Positions 40,897-55,204 of a stretch of 64,000 nucleotides of DNA are shown here, piece after piece (positions within the stretch are counted from its first letter, which is position 1; each line of letters starts with the position of its first letter). Origin of the DNA: Octopus vulgaris. Lineage: Eukaryota. The DNA lies in the NCBI GenBank assembly GCA_951406725.2, contig OX597818.1:90954001-91018000 (forward strand), read 5' to 3'. A program made the translations under genes and the position numbers. The notes beneath the pieces are model-generated. The model saw only the letters and a list, made by a program, of their open reading frames with translations. It ran no database searches and had not been told where the DNA came from.

Positions 40897-43108
40897 CTAC
40901 AGACCTATAACCTGCCAAACTACAGACCAATAACCTAAAAACTACAGACCAATAACCTGCCTCCCTACTATGTTCAAGGCATTTACTGCAGTGATATCGC
41001 AAAGGCTGAACAAGCACCAGGACGAAAACAAACTGTTCCCAGAAGAGCAGAAAGGATGCCGCAAGGGCTCATATGGCTGTAAAGATCAACTAATGATTAA
41101 TAAAGCCGTAACTGAAGACAGCCACAGAAAGAAGAAAGGCCTCAGTATGGCCTGGATTGACTACAAAAAGGCGTTTGATAGCATCCCCCACACATGGATC
41201 CTCGAAACACTAGCCATTAACAAAGTAGCACCAACAATCATAAAATTCATAGAGCACTCTATGAATAAATGGCAAACAGTCCTACACCTCCAAACAAAAG
41301 AGGGACTCATGAAAACCAAAGACATCCCCATTAGAAGAGGAATATTCCAGGGAGACACGCTCTCTCCACTCCTTTTCTGCTTGGCACTGTCACCTCTATC
41401 TGATATGCTAAATAGAACTGGATGCGGATATAAATGTTACGGCAAAACGATCAGCCACCTTTTATATATGGATGACCTAAAACTATACGCTGCAAATGAC
41501 AAACAGCTGGAAACACTATTAAAGACAGTTCATGGTTTACCAAAGAAATAGATATGAAATTTGGATTAGAAAAATGCGCCAAAGTAACCATGAAAAGAGG
41601 AAAACTAGTTAAGAGTAACAACATCACACTAGATAAAACCAATGAAATAAAAGAATTAGACCAAAGCCAAACTTACAAATACTTAGGAATCCATGAACTA
41701 GATAAGACACAACACACACAAATGAAGGAGAAAATAAAAAAGAATATTATAGACGAGTTAGATCAATACTAAAACCAGAGCTCAATGCTAAAAACAAGAT
41801 AATAAGTATCAACACTTTAGCTGTCCCAGTTATAAGTTACAGCTACAATATCCTACAATGAACTGTCCAAAATAGATAGGAAAACAAGAAAAATACTGAC
41901 AGGATCTGGGATGCATCACCCAAAATCTGACATAGAAAGACTATATATACAACGTATAGAAGGTGGTAGAGGCCTTATACAGCTGGAAAACTACTATAAA
42001 ATAACCACCATAGGACTGCAAAAATACCTACTTCAGAAGGAAGGAAAACTGATCCAGATAGCAGCAAAACACGAGCAAAACAAAAAAACTGTTCTCAGTA
42101 TTTAAGGAAGCTGACAAATACAAACAAGAAATCATACCACCTAATAAACACAAAGAAGAAGAAGAAGATGATGAAGAAACAACAAAAGCTATAAAACAAA
42201 TGAAATCCAAACTAAAAATAGAACAGCAACGAGCCATGATAAAACGATGGCAAGAAAAACCCCTTCATGGTAAATACTGCACTAAACTAAACGCAAAAGA
42301 AATAGACAAAGAAAAATCCCAGCAATGGTTGAGAAGCTCAGGACTCAAAGCAGAAACAGAGGGATTTTTAATTGCAGCACAAGACCAAAGCCTCCCCACC
42401 AGAAATTACCAAGAACATGTAATGAAAAGAAATATTACAAGTAACTGCAGAATATGTGGAGATGGACAAGAAACAATAAATCATATTATCTCTGGCTGCC
42501 CAGTCCTGGCTAAGAAGGAATATATTCACAGACACAACAGATTTGGGACCTATATACACTGGAAACTATGCCAACATTATGGAATAACAACAGAAAAAAG
42601 ATGGTATAGGCACACACCAGAAAAGGTCACAGAAAACGAGAAAGCAACCATACTCTGGGATATGCCGATACACACAGATAGAGAAATTAAGGCCAACAGA
42701 CCAGATATAGTTGTCAGAGATCATGAAGAAAAAAATGCTTTCTAATTGATGTATCAATACCGGCAGATGACAACGTGTCTCTAAAAGAAATGGAGAAACT
42801 CTCAAAATACAAAGACCTGGAAATAGAGGTAACTAGAATGTGGAACCTGAAAACAGAAACAATTCCTATCATAGTAGGTGCATTAGGCATGATAAAAAAA
42901 TATTCAGACAAATACAAAACAAAAACACCAGGACTTACAAACACATATAACATACAGAAAATTGCACTACTAGGCACTGTACAAATCCTACGCAGAACAC
43001 TTTCCATACAATAACCATCAGAGCATCACAACAAATCACAGCACATACCCAAGGCACACAGAGCTGCGCTCGGTAGTGAAGTGAAAGCACGCTATAAAAA
43101 TAAAACTA

Positions 43109-43111
<3 letters not shown>
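40894..43111 (+). mobile_element. R4/Dong-clade non-LTR retrotransposon (RT + CCHC + RLE), 5'-truncated and frameshifted
   Basis: RT motifs YRPITCLP, EEQKG, WIDYKKAFDS, GIFQGDTLSPLLF, YMDDLK. Zinc knuckle CRICG..ETINHIISGC and RLE motif RPDIV. Flanked by (AAT)n on both sides, the known Dong target. Confidence 0.9.
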
Positions 43112-43150
<39 letters not shown>

Positions 43151-43189
43151 TCCCTTAGGAATGAGAACCCAGATTCAAAATTTTCCATA

Positions 43190-43235
43190 GACACCTGATG
43201 AAGGCTAGAGAGTATTCTGCAGAAACGTTGTGCTA
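43190..43235 (+). ncRNA. Minimal hammerhead-like motif (partly decayed) in SINE tail
   Basis: GACAC CUGAUGA A GGCUAGAG AGUA UUCUGCA GAAAC GUU GUGCU. Core intact, palindromic stem III AACGUU, stems I and II imperfect. Confidence 0.6.
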
Positions 43236-44526
43236 ACAACAAACGAGATGAGGACAAATATCCGTCAAATGTAAATAACGTACATAATTCCTCATCTCTT
43301 AAATACAGAACTGTATCACTTACGGTTACAGAAAACACTTGAGTGTAGCTTCATAATAATATAAATATAGTAACAAAAAAAAAATTCATATTTCAGACAA
43401 AGTAGACAACATTGCCAAACGCGAAGGAATATCTCATAATTAGGAAATTCAGAGAATTTTACCATTATACCATAATTCTTTGGAATACTTTTCAGTATTT
43501 TCTTCACGACCTTATGATTCAATATAGTTATGTTTTCAAAGTAACTGTATTATATTGTGGAAATATGAATATGCTTCACATATCATTTATCATGAATTTC
43601 ACTGTTTAGCTCTCAAAGTAATCATTGTTAATGCTAGAATCTTGTCACCTCTCACAATATAAAAACATTTCTATACTGCCCCAGCAGAGAATGGTAAAAA
43701 TGAAGATGCACTGGAACGGCTATTTAGACTCGACTGGCTCGCACTTGCGGACAGCGGCAGCGGTGAGCAGGGATATGGTCCGGGGACCAAAATTGCTGGA
43801 AATCTCAACTGTCACATGCCTATTGGAGAGCGACCAATACCTAGACAGCATTTTACAAGTTCGCCCAGAAATCATCAGCTCCCAGTTTCGATTTCGTTAT
43901 GTGGTATCTTGTTAAATTAAGTAAAACGCAACTGTCTAAATCCACATCGAATTGATTGTAATTGTAATTCTGAAGGTACAGCATTGTTACACATTGTGTA
44001 GCACTGATTCTACAAGAGAATTGCATTAAAATTATATTCGTCTGTTGAATAATCAGCAATCTACAGGTTAATGCAATCAGCTTGGTACTTTAATTGATCA
44101 AATATCTGAACGCTCAAGGCCAAAAATTTGTTAATCCGCCTTTACATTTCCTATATTCTGGCAATTTGGGGTGTGCAAAGACCAACAGAAGCGCCTCCAT
44201 ACGAAACATGGCCAAATTAGTTTCACAGTTCAAATCCTTATCGATTCTTCCCAAACGGCATTGTAGAGATAATGTGTGTGTATTTGCCGTATGTGTATGT
44301 ATATATGTGTGTCTGTGTGTATACGTATATGTTTATATTAATATTTAGCAGAAAAAAAGGGTGACTCAAGGTCTGAGATTTCATATATATATGCACACAC
44401 ACACACACATATATATATATATAGATATATATGTATATATATATAAACGTATATATTTATGTATATATGAATGTAGGTATAATACACACACACACACATA
44501 TATACATACCTACATACATACATACA

Positions 44527-44559
<33 letters not shown>

Positions 44560-44635
44560 TCATATGCACATATATACATTCAAATATATAGATATATATA
44601 CATATACATATATTCAAGCACAACAATACACGTAC

Positions 44636-44695
<60 letters not shown>

Positions 44696-44808
44696 GTGTA
44701 TATTTGTGCTTCAATATATGTATATGTTTATATATCTATATATTTGTATGTATATATGTGCATATGAATATACACAGATATATGCATATTTATCTCTCTC
44801 ACTCTCTG

Positions 44809-44845
<37 letters not shown>

Positions 44846-45491
44846 TGACCAGTGTGTGTGTCTGTGTGTCTGTGTGTCTGTATGTATGTATGTGGACGTG
44901 TATGTGCGGTGTGCATATGGGTATGCAGCTAAAGGATAAAAGCAAATATAAAAATGGTAAGCAATAAAACTAAAATACTCTTTAATTACAGGCAATATTC
45001 TCATAAATTCTCTGCCAAGTTATCTATTGGAAGATGCTATCTTTGACCTCATTATTCTCCGGCTTTGTTTTCCCCTTCTTTATCGTGATTCCATTGAGTC
45101 GTTTCCTCTATTGTTATACTATTCATATTAAGTGAAGCCTATCCCAGAGAAAATCTTTAAAAAATCGCGCGTAGCGATGTTATCGAACGTAATAAATTTA
45201 TGATTGTATATGTTTCAGTGTTAATTTTACATACATATATTCATACATACATGTATACATGCATGCATTCATGGATGCATACATGCATGCATATATACAT
45301 TTGTGCATACGTGGACACATGCCTTGCATACAGGCTTGTAAATGTATGTTTGTATTTGTATGTGCGTATAAGAAGTTAATTCACCCGTGTTATATCTATA
45401 TCTAAATCTAAATATTTTCCTGCAACTTTTTGTGTATGTATATACAGATTTATATGTGTGTGTGTCTGTGTCTATGCATATTCATATATGT

Positions 45492-45572
<81 letters not shown>

Positions 45573-45723
45573 ACATCCAAATGGATTGTACATAGTTACA
45601 TGAACGATATACTTCCACATGCTTACTCATTTTATACATATATATATTTGCATATATGATTTTTATGCATGTTTTTATAATCTATATATATATACGTGCG
45701 TATTTATACAAACATGCATGCAT

Positions 45724-45796
<73 letters not shown>

Positions 45797-46749
45797 TATG
45801 TAAAAATATATGTGTGTGTGTAATATGTTATTTGCAAATGTTTGCATAACAATATAGATACATACTCACTCATACACAGGCACACAGGTACTCATTATTG
45901 ATAAAGCAATATTTACAATACATTATCTGGGAAATGTCTACTTCGGATCAATAATCAATAATTGGTAAATGGCACCATTATTGGCTACCGAACAGCTTAC
46001 AATGAAGACCAATGACAGTAATCCGATAAGTCTGAACTCAGTGAAGAGACTGATACAAAATCAATACAAAAGACATATGCCTCTTTAGAAAAATGTTTTA
46101 TCCTTCACGTAACGCTAAAGTAGTAGTGATTGTGTCTTGGCTGTCGAATCATAAACTGTTAAAGGCACTGTGCAAGCTGTGTAGTCGTTATTTTGAACAC
46201 AGGGGACTTCCAACTACAGTGAAAGAAATACCAGAACTTTACTTCGTTGGAATCATTACTTATCCTTAATCATATTTTGTATAGAACTTTGACAGGGATT
46301 GATCACTGTATTTAATGGAGATTTCAAATATCTAAATAATTTTGGGTGAGATTGGTGTATATATATTGATTTCTTCTATAGACACACTGCAACGTTTCTT
46401 TTTACATGATGCAGTACTCGAATCGATCGATCGAGTACTTGACTAGTAAGTTCTTTATCAACCATTGCAGGATGAAAAGCAGTGTCTAAATGAATGATCC
46501 TTGAACGTAGAACTATAGTTAGAACCCGGCTGAGATTCGAGCCATATTTCACAGAGTTTTCCAGTCGAGTATCACAACCTATTACAGTACCGTACAAAAT
46601 AATTCGGCCAATTTAAACTATTGTAAAGTTCTACTAATTGACAACTTATAAATGGATGTTTCCCATTGCGTTTTTTACAGATGAAACATTGGCCCAGTTG
46701 GAGCTATTTTCATACCTAATCATTATATTTTGTTGTAGGGATTCTGAAT

Positions 46750-47595
46750 GGAAAATGCGAGACGGCCACCAAAATGGCCGTGCAAAAGTTTTTGAATACC
46801 TCACATAAACCAATCATGTTACAGTGTTTTAAAACAAAAGAATGTCTATAATGAAAGTTTATTACATTATGTTCATTTCAAGAGGTTGCTGTGCATTGTT
46901 AATATTTCGTGTGGCTTCCTTTAGCTTGAATAATTGCTTCAATGCGCTGAGGAAGAGACGCGTACAAATTCTTCACCATCTTCACAAGTATGAGATGCTA
47001 TTCCATATGGCTGAGCTCCCACAACTCTTCAAGATTGCGTGGATTCTTTTGACAAACTCTTGTCTTTAGTTCTGTCCACATTTGCTCGATAATATTTAAG
47101 TCAGGGTTCTCAGCTAGCCAATCTTTCAATACGGTAACACCTTCATCAGCCAGATTCTGTTGTGTTGCACGCGATCTGTGGCATAGAGCTCCGTCATGCT
47201 GAAAAATCTCACCTTCATCCAAGTCTGGTATCAAATTGTCCTTCAGCAACTGGATGTATGTGTCACTATTCAGATTACCGTCAATTCTAACAAAACTTAC
47301 TTGAAGCATAACTTTATATGTACTCCCAAATCATGAGTCTCTTACCACCGAACTTCACTGTTCTTGTCGTGTAACGTGGAAAGTTTCGCTTTCCCGAAGA
47401 CCTTCTGATAAATTCTTGCTTATTAGAAGGAAAGCCACACAAAATATTAACAATGAACAATAATGAAATTAACATTATATAATAAATTTTCATTATATAA
47501 ACTTTTCTGTTTAAAACACTGTATCTTGATGGGTTTATGTGAGATGCCCGAAAACATTTGGGCTGCCATTTTTGGTATTCGTATCGCATTTTCCT
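46750..47595 (-). mobile_element. Internally deleted Tc1-like transposon with long imperfect TIRs
   Basis: TVKFGGKRLMIW, IFQHDGALCH, WLAENPDLNIIEQMW (DD34E). ~46750-46880 is an imperfect reverse complement of ~47460-47595. Confidence 0.85.
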
Positions 47596-47685
47596 ATGTC
47601 TGCCTTATTTGCTTATTTACTTAGGTGAATCTATATGAGTATGCATGGCAGTGGCAGTAGAGGTTGTGTTGTTGGTGGTGCCGTG

Positions 47686-47718
<33 letters not shown>

Positions 47719-47914
47719 CGTGCATATTTTGCGCCTGATTCTCTTTTTGTGAGAATGCGTCTCCGTGGTGTGTGCCTATGTGTATGTGTATGTGTATGAG
47801 TGTTTGTGAGCTATTTTATGTCTGATAGTGTATCCTGAAAAGAATGCAACGCTGACCTTGTCGAGCTTTCTATAGAAACACAAAACATCGTGATCACCAA
47901 CTACAATTAACTCA

Positions 47915-47921
47915 TGACTCA
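47915..47921 (+). promoter_or_regulatory. AP-1 site (TGACTCA) upstream of the S-crystallin ATG
   Basis: Exact TGACTCA about 430 nt before the ATG. AP-1 elements are known from squid S-crystallin promoters. A 7-mer can occur by chance. Confidence 0.35.
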
Positions 47922-47984
47922 ATTCATCCGATCCTATGTCACATATGTGTGTACAATTTATATATATATATATGTATGTGTATG

Positions 47985-48025
<41 letters not shown>

Positions 48026-48088
48026 GTATATATATATATGTGTATATATATATGTATATATATATATATATATGTATGTATATATATC

Positions 48089-48167
<79 letters not shown>

Positions 48168-48285
48168 CGCTTCGTCCAAAGTAACGTCCAAAGAAACTGA
48201 AGAATAAACAAAATAAAATCTCGAGATTTAGCGGTTTAGTTGATTTCTTTCCAAGCCTTCAAGTGTCACACTTCAGCCATTGTGA

Positions 48286-48639
<354 letters not shown>

Positions 48640-48642
48640 TAG

Positions 48643-48851
48643 GCGGGTAGCTGGTAGAATCGTTAGCTTGCGGGAAGAAATACTTACAGGTATTTCGTCT
48701 GCCGTTACGTTCTGAATTCAAATTCAGCCGAGATCGACATTGCCTTTTTCTCCTTTTGGGGTCGATAAATCAAATGCCAGTTGAGTACTGCGATCGATGT
48801 AATCAAATATACCCCGTCCTCAAAATTTCAGGCCTTGTGCCTATAGAAAAA

Positions 48852-48931
<80 letters not shown>

Positions 48932-49172
48932 TATTATTATTACAATTATTATTATTATCGAGCTGGCAGAATCATTATCACATCGGGCAAAATGAAAATG
49001 CTTAGCAACTTCCCGTTTATCTTTTCGTTCTGAGCCCGAATTCCACCGAGGTCGACTGTACCTTTCACTCTTTCGGAGGCGACAAAATAAGTACCAGTTC
49101 AGGACTGAGATCAATGTAATCAATCAGACTCCTAGCCTCAAATTTCAGTTACTCTAACTTTTGTAGAAAGGA
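48643..49172 (+). mobile_element. Two SINE family A copies separated by (ATT)n in the S-crystallin intron
   Basis: Head + core matches at 48643-48850 and 48958-49172. Further intronic copies at ~57370-57565, ~60075-60250 and ~61795-61935. Confidence 0.75.
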
Positions 49173-49855
49173 TTATTATTATTATTATTATTATTATTAT
49201 CATTATTATTATTAGGGAATTTTTCCCTTTGAAGTTTTAAAAGTCTAATTTGATAAATTTTGTTATAACCTTATGAATAATTTCTTTTTGATCAATATGA
49301 ATTGCATATTTTGTATTCTCTATTTCGTCCTTTCATATTCTCCTCAATATCTCTGGCCCTTCTTACCAATGAAAGAAATCATTAGTCATCATCGTCGCCA
49401 TCATAATCGTCATCATCGTCGTCATCGTCGTCGTCGTCATCATCATCATCATCATTCCATACACTCGAAACAGATGTGATTGCTGGAACAAATTCATAGC
49501 ATCAGGCCACAGCATGTAACCCAAGACTTCGAGAACCTTCCTAATTATCCTAGTAATTAATAACACTGTTTTCTGGAGCTGCACCAAATTAGGCTTTTTT
49601 TTTCTTCCTTTTTCCATCTGATCTAAGCTTTTGGAAGAGTTCATAATGTACCTATAACTACAGGGATATATTTTACCCGCACATGCTAGGGCCTCTGTAA
49701 CTCAATGACTAGGTCCTGCTACTTTGTTATTTTCTTTATTCCTCCATACTTTCTCGTCATATGGGACAGTAAAGTCAATTCTATTTTTTTTGCCAACTAC
49801 TACAGAATCAGGCCTACTAGCTTCTATTACTGTGCAGTCTGAACGTTGTTGTTGA

Positions 49856-49990
<135 letters not shown>

Positions 49991-49991
49991 A

Positions 49992-50387
49992 CTCTTTTAC
50001 TTGTTTCAGTCGTTTGACGGTAGCTATACTGGAGCACTGCCTTTAGTCGAGCAAATTGACCCCAGGACTTATTCTTTGTAAGTCTAGTACTTAATCTATC
50101 GGTCTCGTTTGTCGAACCGCTTAGTTACGGGGACGTAAACGCACCAGCATCGGTTGTCAAGCGATGTTGGGGGGACAAGCACAGACACACAACATATACA
50201 CACACACATATATATACATATATAGACAGGCTTCCTTTCAGTTTCTGTCTACCAAATCCACTCACAAGACTTTGATCGGCTCGAGGCTATAGTAGAAGAC
50301 ATTTACCCAAGGTGCCACACGGTGGGCCTGAACCCGGAACCATGTGGTTAGTAAGCAAGCTACTTACTACACAGCGGCTCTTACGCC

Positions 50388-50389
<2 letters not shown>
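49992..50389 (-). mobile_element. tRNA-derived SINE family B (near full length)
   Basis: Minus strand has a tRNA-like head, ACCTTGGGTAAATGTC (CORE-like) and GTGAGTGGATTTGGTAGAC. Partial copies at ~11960-12130, 12990-13640, 23170-23385 and 25900-26150. Confidence 0.75.
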
Positions 50390-50453
<64 letters not shown>

Positions 50454-50559
50454 TTATTATTGTCATTTTCCGATTCATTTTCTTTTATTTCATCTTCCGA
50501 CCGATTCTACCTTATTGTCTGTGTCATTAGTTTGTTAGTTACGAGTGAAGAGACTCAGA

Positions 50560-51010
50560 TCTTTTGCTGCTTTAATGGGTAGTGGGTACTCCTTACCATT
50601 ATCATAATCAGGGAGAATAAGATTTTTTCTGTATTTATATACGTTCTTTGAGACTGAGTGCACTTTCTTACTCTGTTTATGTTGCCTTACCAGCCATGTC
50701 ATCCAGTTGGTGTTTCTTTGAATGTACGTTTTATAGGACGTTTAAAGTTGGGTTAGTTCTCCACCGCCTTGCTTTCGTGGGGGATAGAACCTGTGGACAT
50801 CTGATTTTTGGTAGTGCATACTGTTTAGCATCAACAGTTTCCCGGTTTTTATGTACATAAGTTGGAGTTCCCTGATTCCAATTGATGACATTAACTGGCA
50901 TCGTCAGGAAGTTTATAGCTGCAGTTCTGTTTACGACGCTTGAATGAGTAACCGCATCACAGTTCCAGGTTGTCTCGGAGAAGATACGAACTCGGAACTA
51001 AAATATATAA
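50560..51010 (-). mobile_element. Old R4/Dong LINE fragment
   Basis: Minus strand MHYQKSDVHRFYPPRKQGGGELTQL resembles MHHPKSDIERLYIQRIEGGRGLIQL. Confidence 0.55.
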
Positions 51011-51307
51011 CTGAAGATTACAGGAAATGAAATTCGTTTAGTTCCCATTTACACGACTCCATCTCTCTATATCATTTAGTTTTAAATATGATATTGCTTG
51101 ATTATCTATCAAATTTATGTACTTCTTTGTCTATGCCCATGTGTCTATGTAATATATGAGAACTAATTTATCGCTTCGTCTATATAATTGTTTATCAGAT
51201 AAAACACAGTTAATCTATTTTAAGCAATTCAATTTAGTCTTATCTATCTATATCTCTATCTATCAATCTATCTATCTATTCATTTTTCTTTTGAACTCTC
51301 TCTTCAG

Positions 51308-51370
<63 letters not shown>

Positions 51371-52783
51371 CATACTCTCCCTATCACACACACATATAAT
51401 TAGATATGAAATAAAAACGAATACTCGAGAGATAATGACACAAGTAAATTGATGAAGACATCTACATATAATTTATAAATGGGTGTGTGTATGTATGTAT
51501 CCGATTTACATTTAAATATTTGTTTCTACCCAGAACATAGCAACAAGTGAAACTATTGTTGTTTGCATCACTACTAGAGGACATACTTGCATAGACTGCC
51601 GTAAAACAATTCACTTCTTATCGAGCACTCAGTGAAGAAAAGAAAAAATAGTACGGAAGATGCCTTAGAATCGGCATAATCTCGTTGTCGCTATTGTTTA
51701 TCTTTTAAAATTACTGCACAGAAATCCTTAAATGCATTCGAATTTCACATGTGTACCAGATGATTCGTATTACTTTATGTCGTGTGTTAAGGTTTTCCTC
51801 GTACCGCACTCTCTTGGTTATAGTTATCTTTTGTGGTTCGATACTGTTTCTACTGTATCGTCAACTTCTAAATTTATTCTGACTACCAACCTATAATGTA
51901 TCTTTAAAGTAACTAGCATAAGGGAGGGGACATCATCACTAATATCTCGTCTGCTAAATTTGTGACGCTTGTGTTCCACCTTCCTTTATATTCTGGAACA
52001 AGTTTATGGCCAGGTGTGTCAGGTATAAGTTCGGCATATGCGTTAGCTTCATATTGTTTTGTAAAAGTGGCACACTTTACTATAAGCTCTAGCTCACCCA
52101 ATGAAGAGCTATAGGTACAAAGGAGTATTCTGGCAAATATAAACATTGGTCAGAATTGTCTTCAAAAATTCTTTGTATAGAGCAAGAGTAAGCCCCATGG
52201 CCTTGACAAAGAGAAGCCTACCCTACAAACTATTTGCTTTCATGCTTTCGTTCTCTCAATAAAATGTTCGATATTCAGGATATTTTGCAGTTCGAAAGAA
52301 AGATTGCAAAGCATAACATTGTTTTGTTTATCTTTGCGTTTGAGTCCAATGTGCATGAAGAGAAATGTTGAATATTATCTTGAAAAACATTTCCATTCGA
52401 AATATTAATCGTGGCTTTTAAAATACTAGCATTTCGTTTTGTTCAGTGACAATATTAATAATTTCATTACAATTAAAGTATTTTTTTTGTTTTGAACTTT
52501 CTCCACCTGAAGCGTGATATTCTAAAATTTATCTTATTGTTCTTGTGGTGGTGTGAGATTTCCATAGATATTTTTTGTATATGAGTAGCTTGAAGAAAGA
52601 AACTTCAAAACTAAAACGCAAACCTTATTTTTTTTCCGTTCTCAATCTCTGAGGGAGAGAAACTCTTATACTTATGACTTTCTTTGTAGACGAATATTTT
52701 TAGCTATAAAAAACAGAAAAATCACTTAATATAATCATTTGCTTCAGTGAGCGACTTGTAAACAACATCTGTTTCTCCAGCAA

Positions 52784-52820
<37 letters not shown>

Positions 52821-53078
52821 TAATAATAATAATAACGACGACGATGATGACAATGATAGGTGTATATATGTGTGTGTGCGTGTGTGCATGTGTATTTGTG
52901 TGCCTGCATGTGTGTGTGTGTGTGTGGGGGTGGGTGTCTGTTTGTCTGTCTGTGTTAATCAACAAGAGTTATAGAAAACAAAATATTTCTCGGTAGTGCG
53001 ATCGTATACATTTTGTAGCGTAACATTTATTAACCATTTTAAAATTCATTGATATAAATAAAAAAAAAAAAAATAAAT

Positions 53079-53112
<34 letters not shown>

Positions 53113-53140
53113 CAGCAATTACTCTGTATATCAGCTAGTA

Positions 53141-53189
<49 letters not shown>

Positions 53190-53193
<4 letters not shown>

Positions 53194-53377
53194 CGCCATG
53201 ATAGATCGGTAGCCACTACACACATTTTTTTCTCTCGTTGTTTTTTCTGTGTCCCTTTCTGTAGAAGAGCGTAGGCTCGAAACTTTAAGACTTTTTACAC
53301 TTCCTGATCGTTATACCAATATATCTGTTTGTTTTGTACACCACCTGTCTTCGTCTTTTGTTTTTTTCGCGAAGTCT

Positions 53378-53380
<3 letters not shown>
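53190..53380 (+). mobile_element. Solo Penelope pseudo-LTR in (TA)n, same family as 28445-28680 and 11090-11215
   Basis: Shares CTTT-CTGTNGA-A-GAGC-GTAG-GCTC-GAAAC and flanking sequence with the PLE end at 28445-28640. Confidence 0.7.
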
Positions 53381-53428
<48 letters not shown>

Positions 53429-53869
53429 ATTATATGTATACATTTATATTTACTTAAGTCTCTCTTGAGAAGAAAAATTGTACTGGAACTTCAGACTTTG
53501 CGGATTCTTGGCTTCATTAGACAATTTGAGAAAGTCATCACTTTGTGACATTTCGAAGTCATTGTCATAATTTTCCTTTGAAAAGTATGTATAATGTTCT
53601 ACGTCAATGCAATAATCTACTTACCGAATATTTGACTACTTGCGTTAAGTGTAGTTATCAGAATAATCACATAGTTTATGATATTTTGAAAATATGTACA
53701 TGCAAAATGTTATGTTCATTCGTAGAAATATATAAGCGATCACTTCATATGTATTGAGAGTATTTGGGCTAAATCTGACGATGTTTCCGCTCTCCTTTTT
53801 TTTTCGGGAAACGCTTGATATATTGGTGACTAGTCAAAAGCACTGGAGAATATAAAGGTTAAAGCTATA

Positions 53870-54760
53870 TTTGAAAAAAGCCTAGCTGACGTAGAGGATA
53901 GGAAGACGTCTGAATATTGGAAAAATTTACTCGTATCATGATGATTCGCACTGGGTAACAGAAAGCCGACATTATGACTGCTGCTCAATGCCCTGCGAAT
54001 TCAGTAATGAATGTAAGACGCAACCTTCGTATCATGAAAATGAAGTTCTCTCAAACTGTAATGGTCTTTAGTGTGTGTCTTCAGTGAGAGTGTCGTCATG
54101 CTGCCACGAATAATTTTGAACAGATCCTCAGGTTCAATTCAGTTCCCCATGGGAATCTGTTGAGAACTGGTCAAACCTTGGCTGGAGAATGTTACTGCTA
54201 GAATTAAGCGCCTTGCCACACCACCGGAAAGAATCAGATGTAGCTATTGGAGAATAGCAGCATCAGCTTACACCACGGTCTCAAAACAGCTCCAGAAATT
54301 GTCGCACACGTCCCTCGCTGTGTGTTAAGAGGTCTTCGAACACCACCTTGAGCTTGGGCGCCACTTCGGCTAAGTAGCTGCTTATCTGTCCCAACCTCAC
54401 TCCTCGCATAGTAATCCATCGGATGCCCTATTTCTGGCCTCCAAATTTCCTCAACTTTAATCCGATGGATTACTATGCGAGGAGAGAGGTGTGAATGACA
54501 ACCAGCCACTCACCCGAGGTGGCGGCCAAGATCAAGGTGGTGTTCGAAGATCTCTTAACACACGGCGAGGGACGTGTGAGCCAATTCCCGGAGCCGTTTT
54601 GAGACCGTGGTGTAAGCTGATGGTAGCTACTTTCAGTTAAATGTTATTTCCCAACCATAATCTAATTGATATTTAATTTTTTTTAATACTTATATTTTTG
54701 GATGGGGTGTTTAGTTCTTTTCTTCTTTCATGCAAACTGTGAAATTAATTACGAAACCCT
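53870..54760 (+). mobile_element. Decayed Tc1/mariner-superfamily element with internal inverted duplication
   Basis: MKMKFSQTVMVF and FWPPNFLNFNPMDY (SPDLNP.DY-like) remnants. Inverted arms ~54257-54424 / ~54460-54625. Confidence 0.6.
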
Positions 54761-55122
54761 ATGTGTGTATGCGTGTGTGGTGTGTGTACGCGCACGCGCC
54801 ATTGTATATATATATATTCAGTTTATGATTAATTTATGGAATGAAGTTCTACAAATCCAAACATATTTGTCAAAAATGGAGGTGGTAAAATGTTAAAACG
54901 TCGTATATGATCGGATTTGTAGAATTTCATTACCATAAATTAATCATACACTTAATATTCTAATACTACTTTTCTATCTTCGCGGATTTACACCAGTAAG
55001 CTCTCAGCAAAGTATGAAGAATCAACTTTAGAAATCTTTTTGGAAAACCACTCCAATTAAAGGACGAAACCTGTGCGTATATGTGTGCATATGTATATAT
55101 GCATACACACGCACGCCCAAAC

Positions 55123-55195
<73 letters not shown>

Positions 55196-55204
55196 ATATA
55201 TGTA

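Larger units (their letters stand above)
40710..43313 (+). mobile_element. tRNA-derived SINE (tRNA head + (AAT)n + hammerhead-like tail) with a nested Dong LINE
   Basis: 12-bp direct repeat TATCACTTACGG at 40698-40709 and 43314-43325. A box TGGCGTAGTGG (40715-40725), anticodon-like arm GGG-CTACTAA-CCC and B box GTTCGATTCC (40760-40769). Tail carries GACAC-CTGATGA-A-stem-GAAAC-GTT-GTG at 43190-43232. Confidence 0.75.

Noticed and set aside
43625-43915. GC-richer segment with an open frame upstream of the crystallin gene
   Set aside because: No similarity to GST or any family I recognise, and no clear splice signals.
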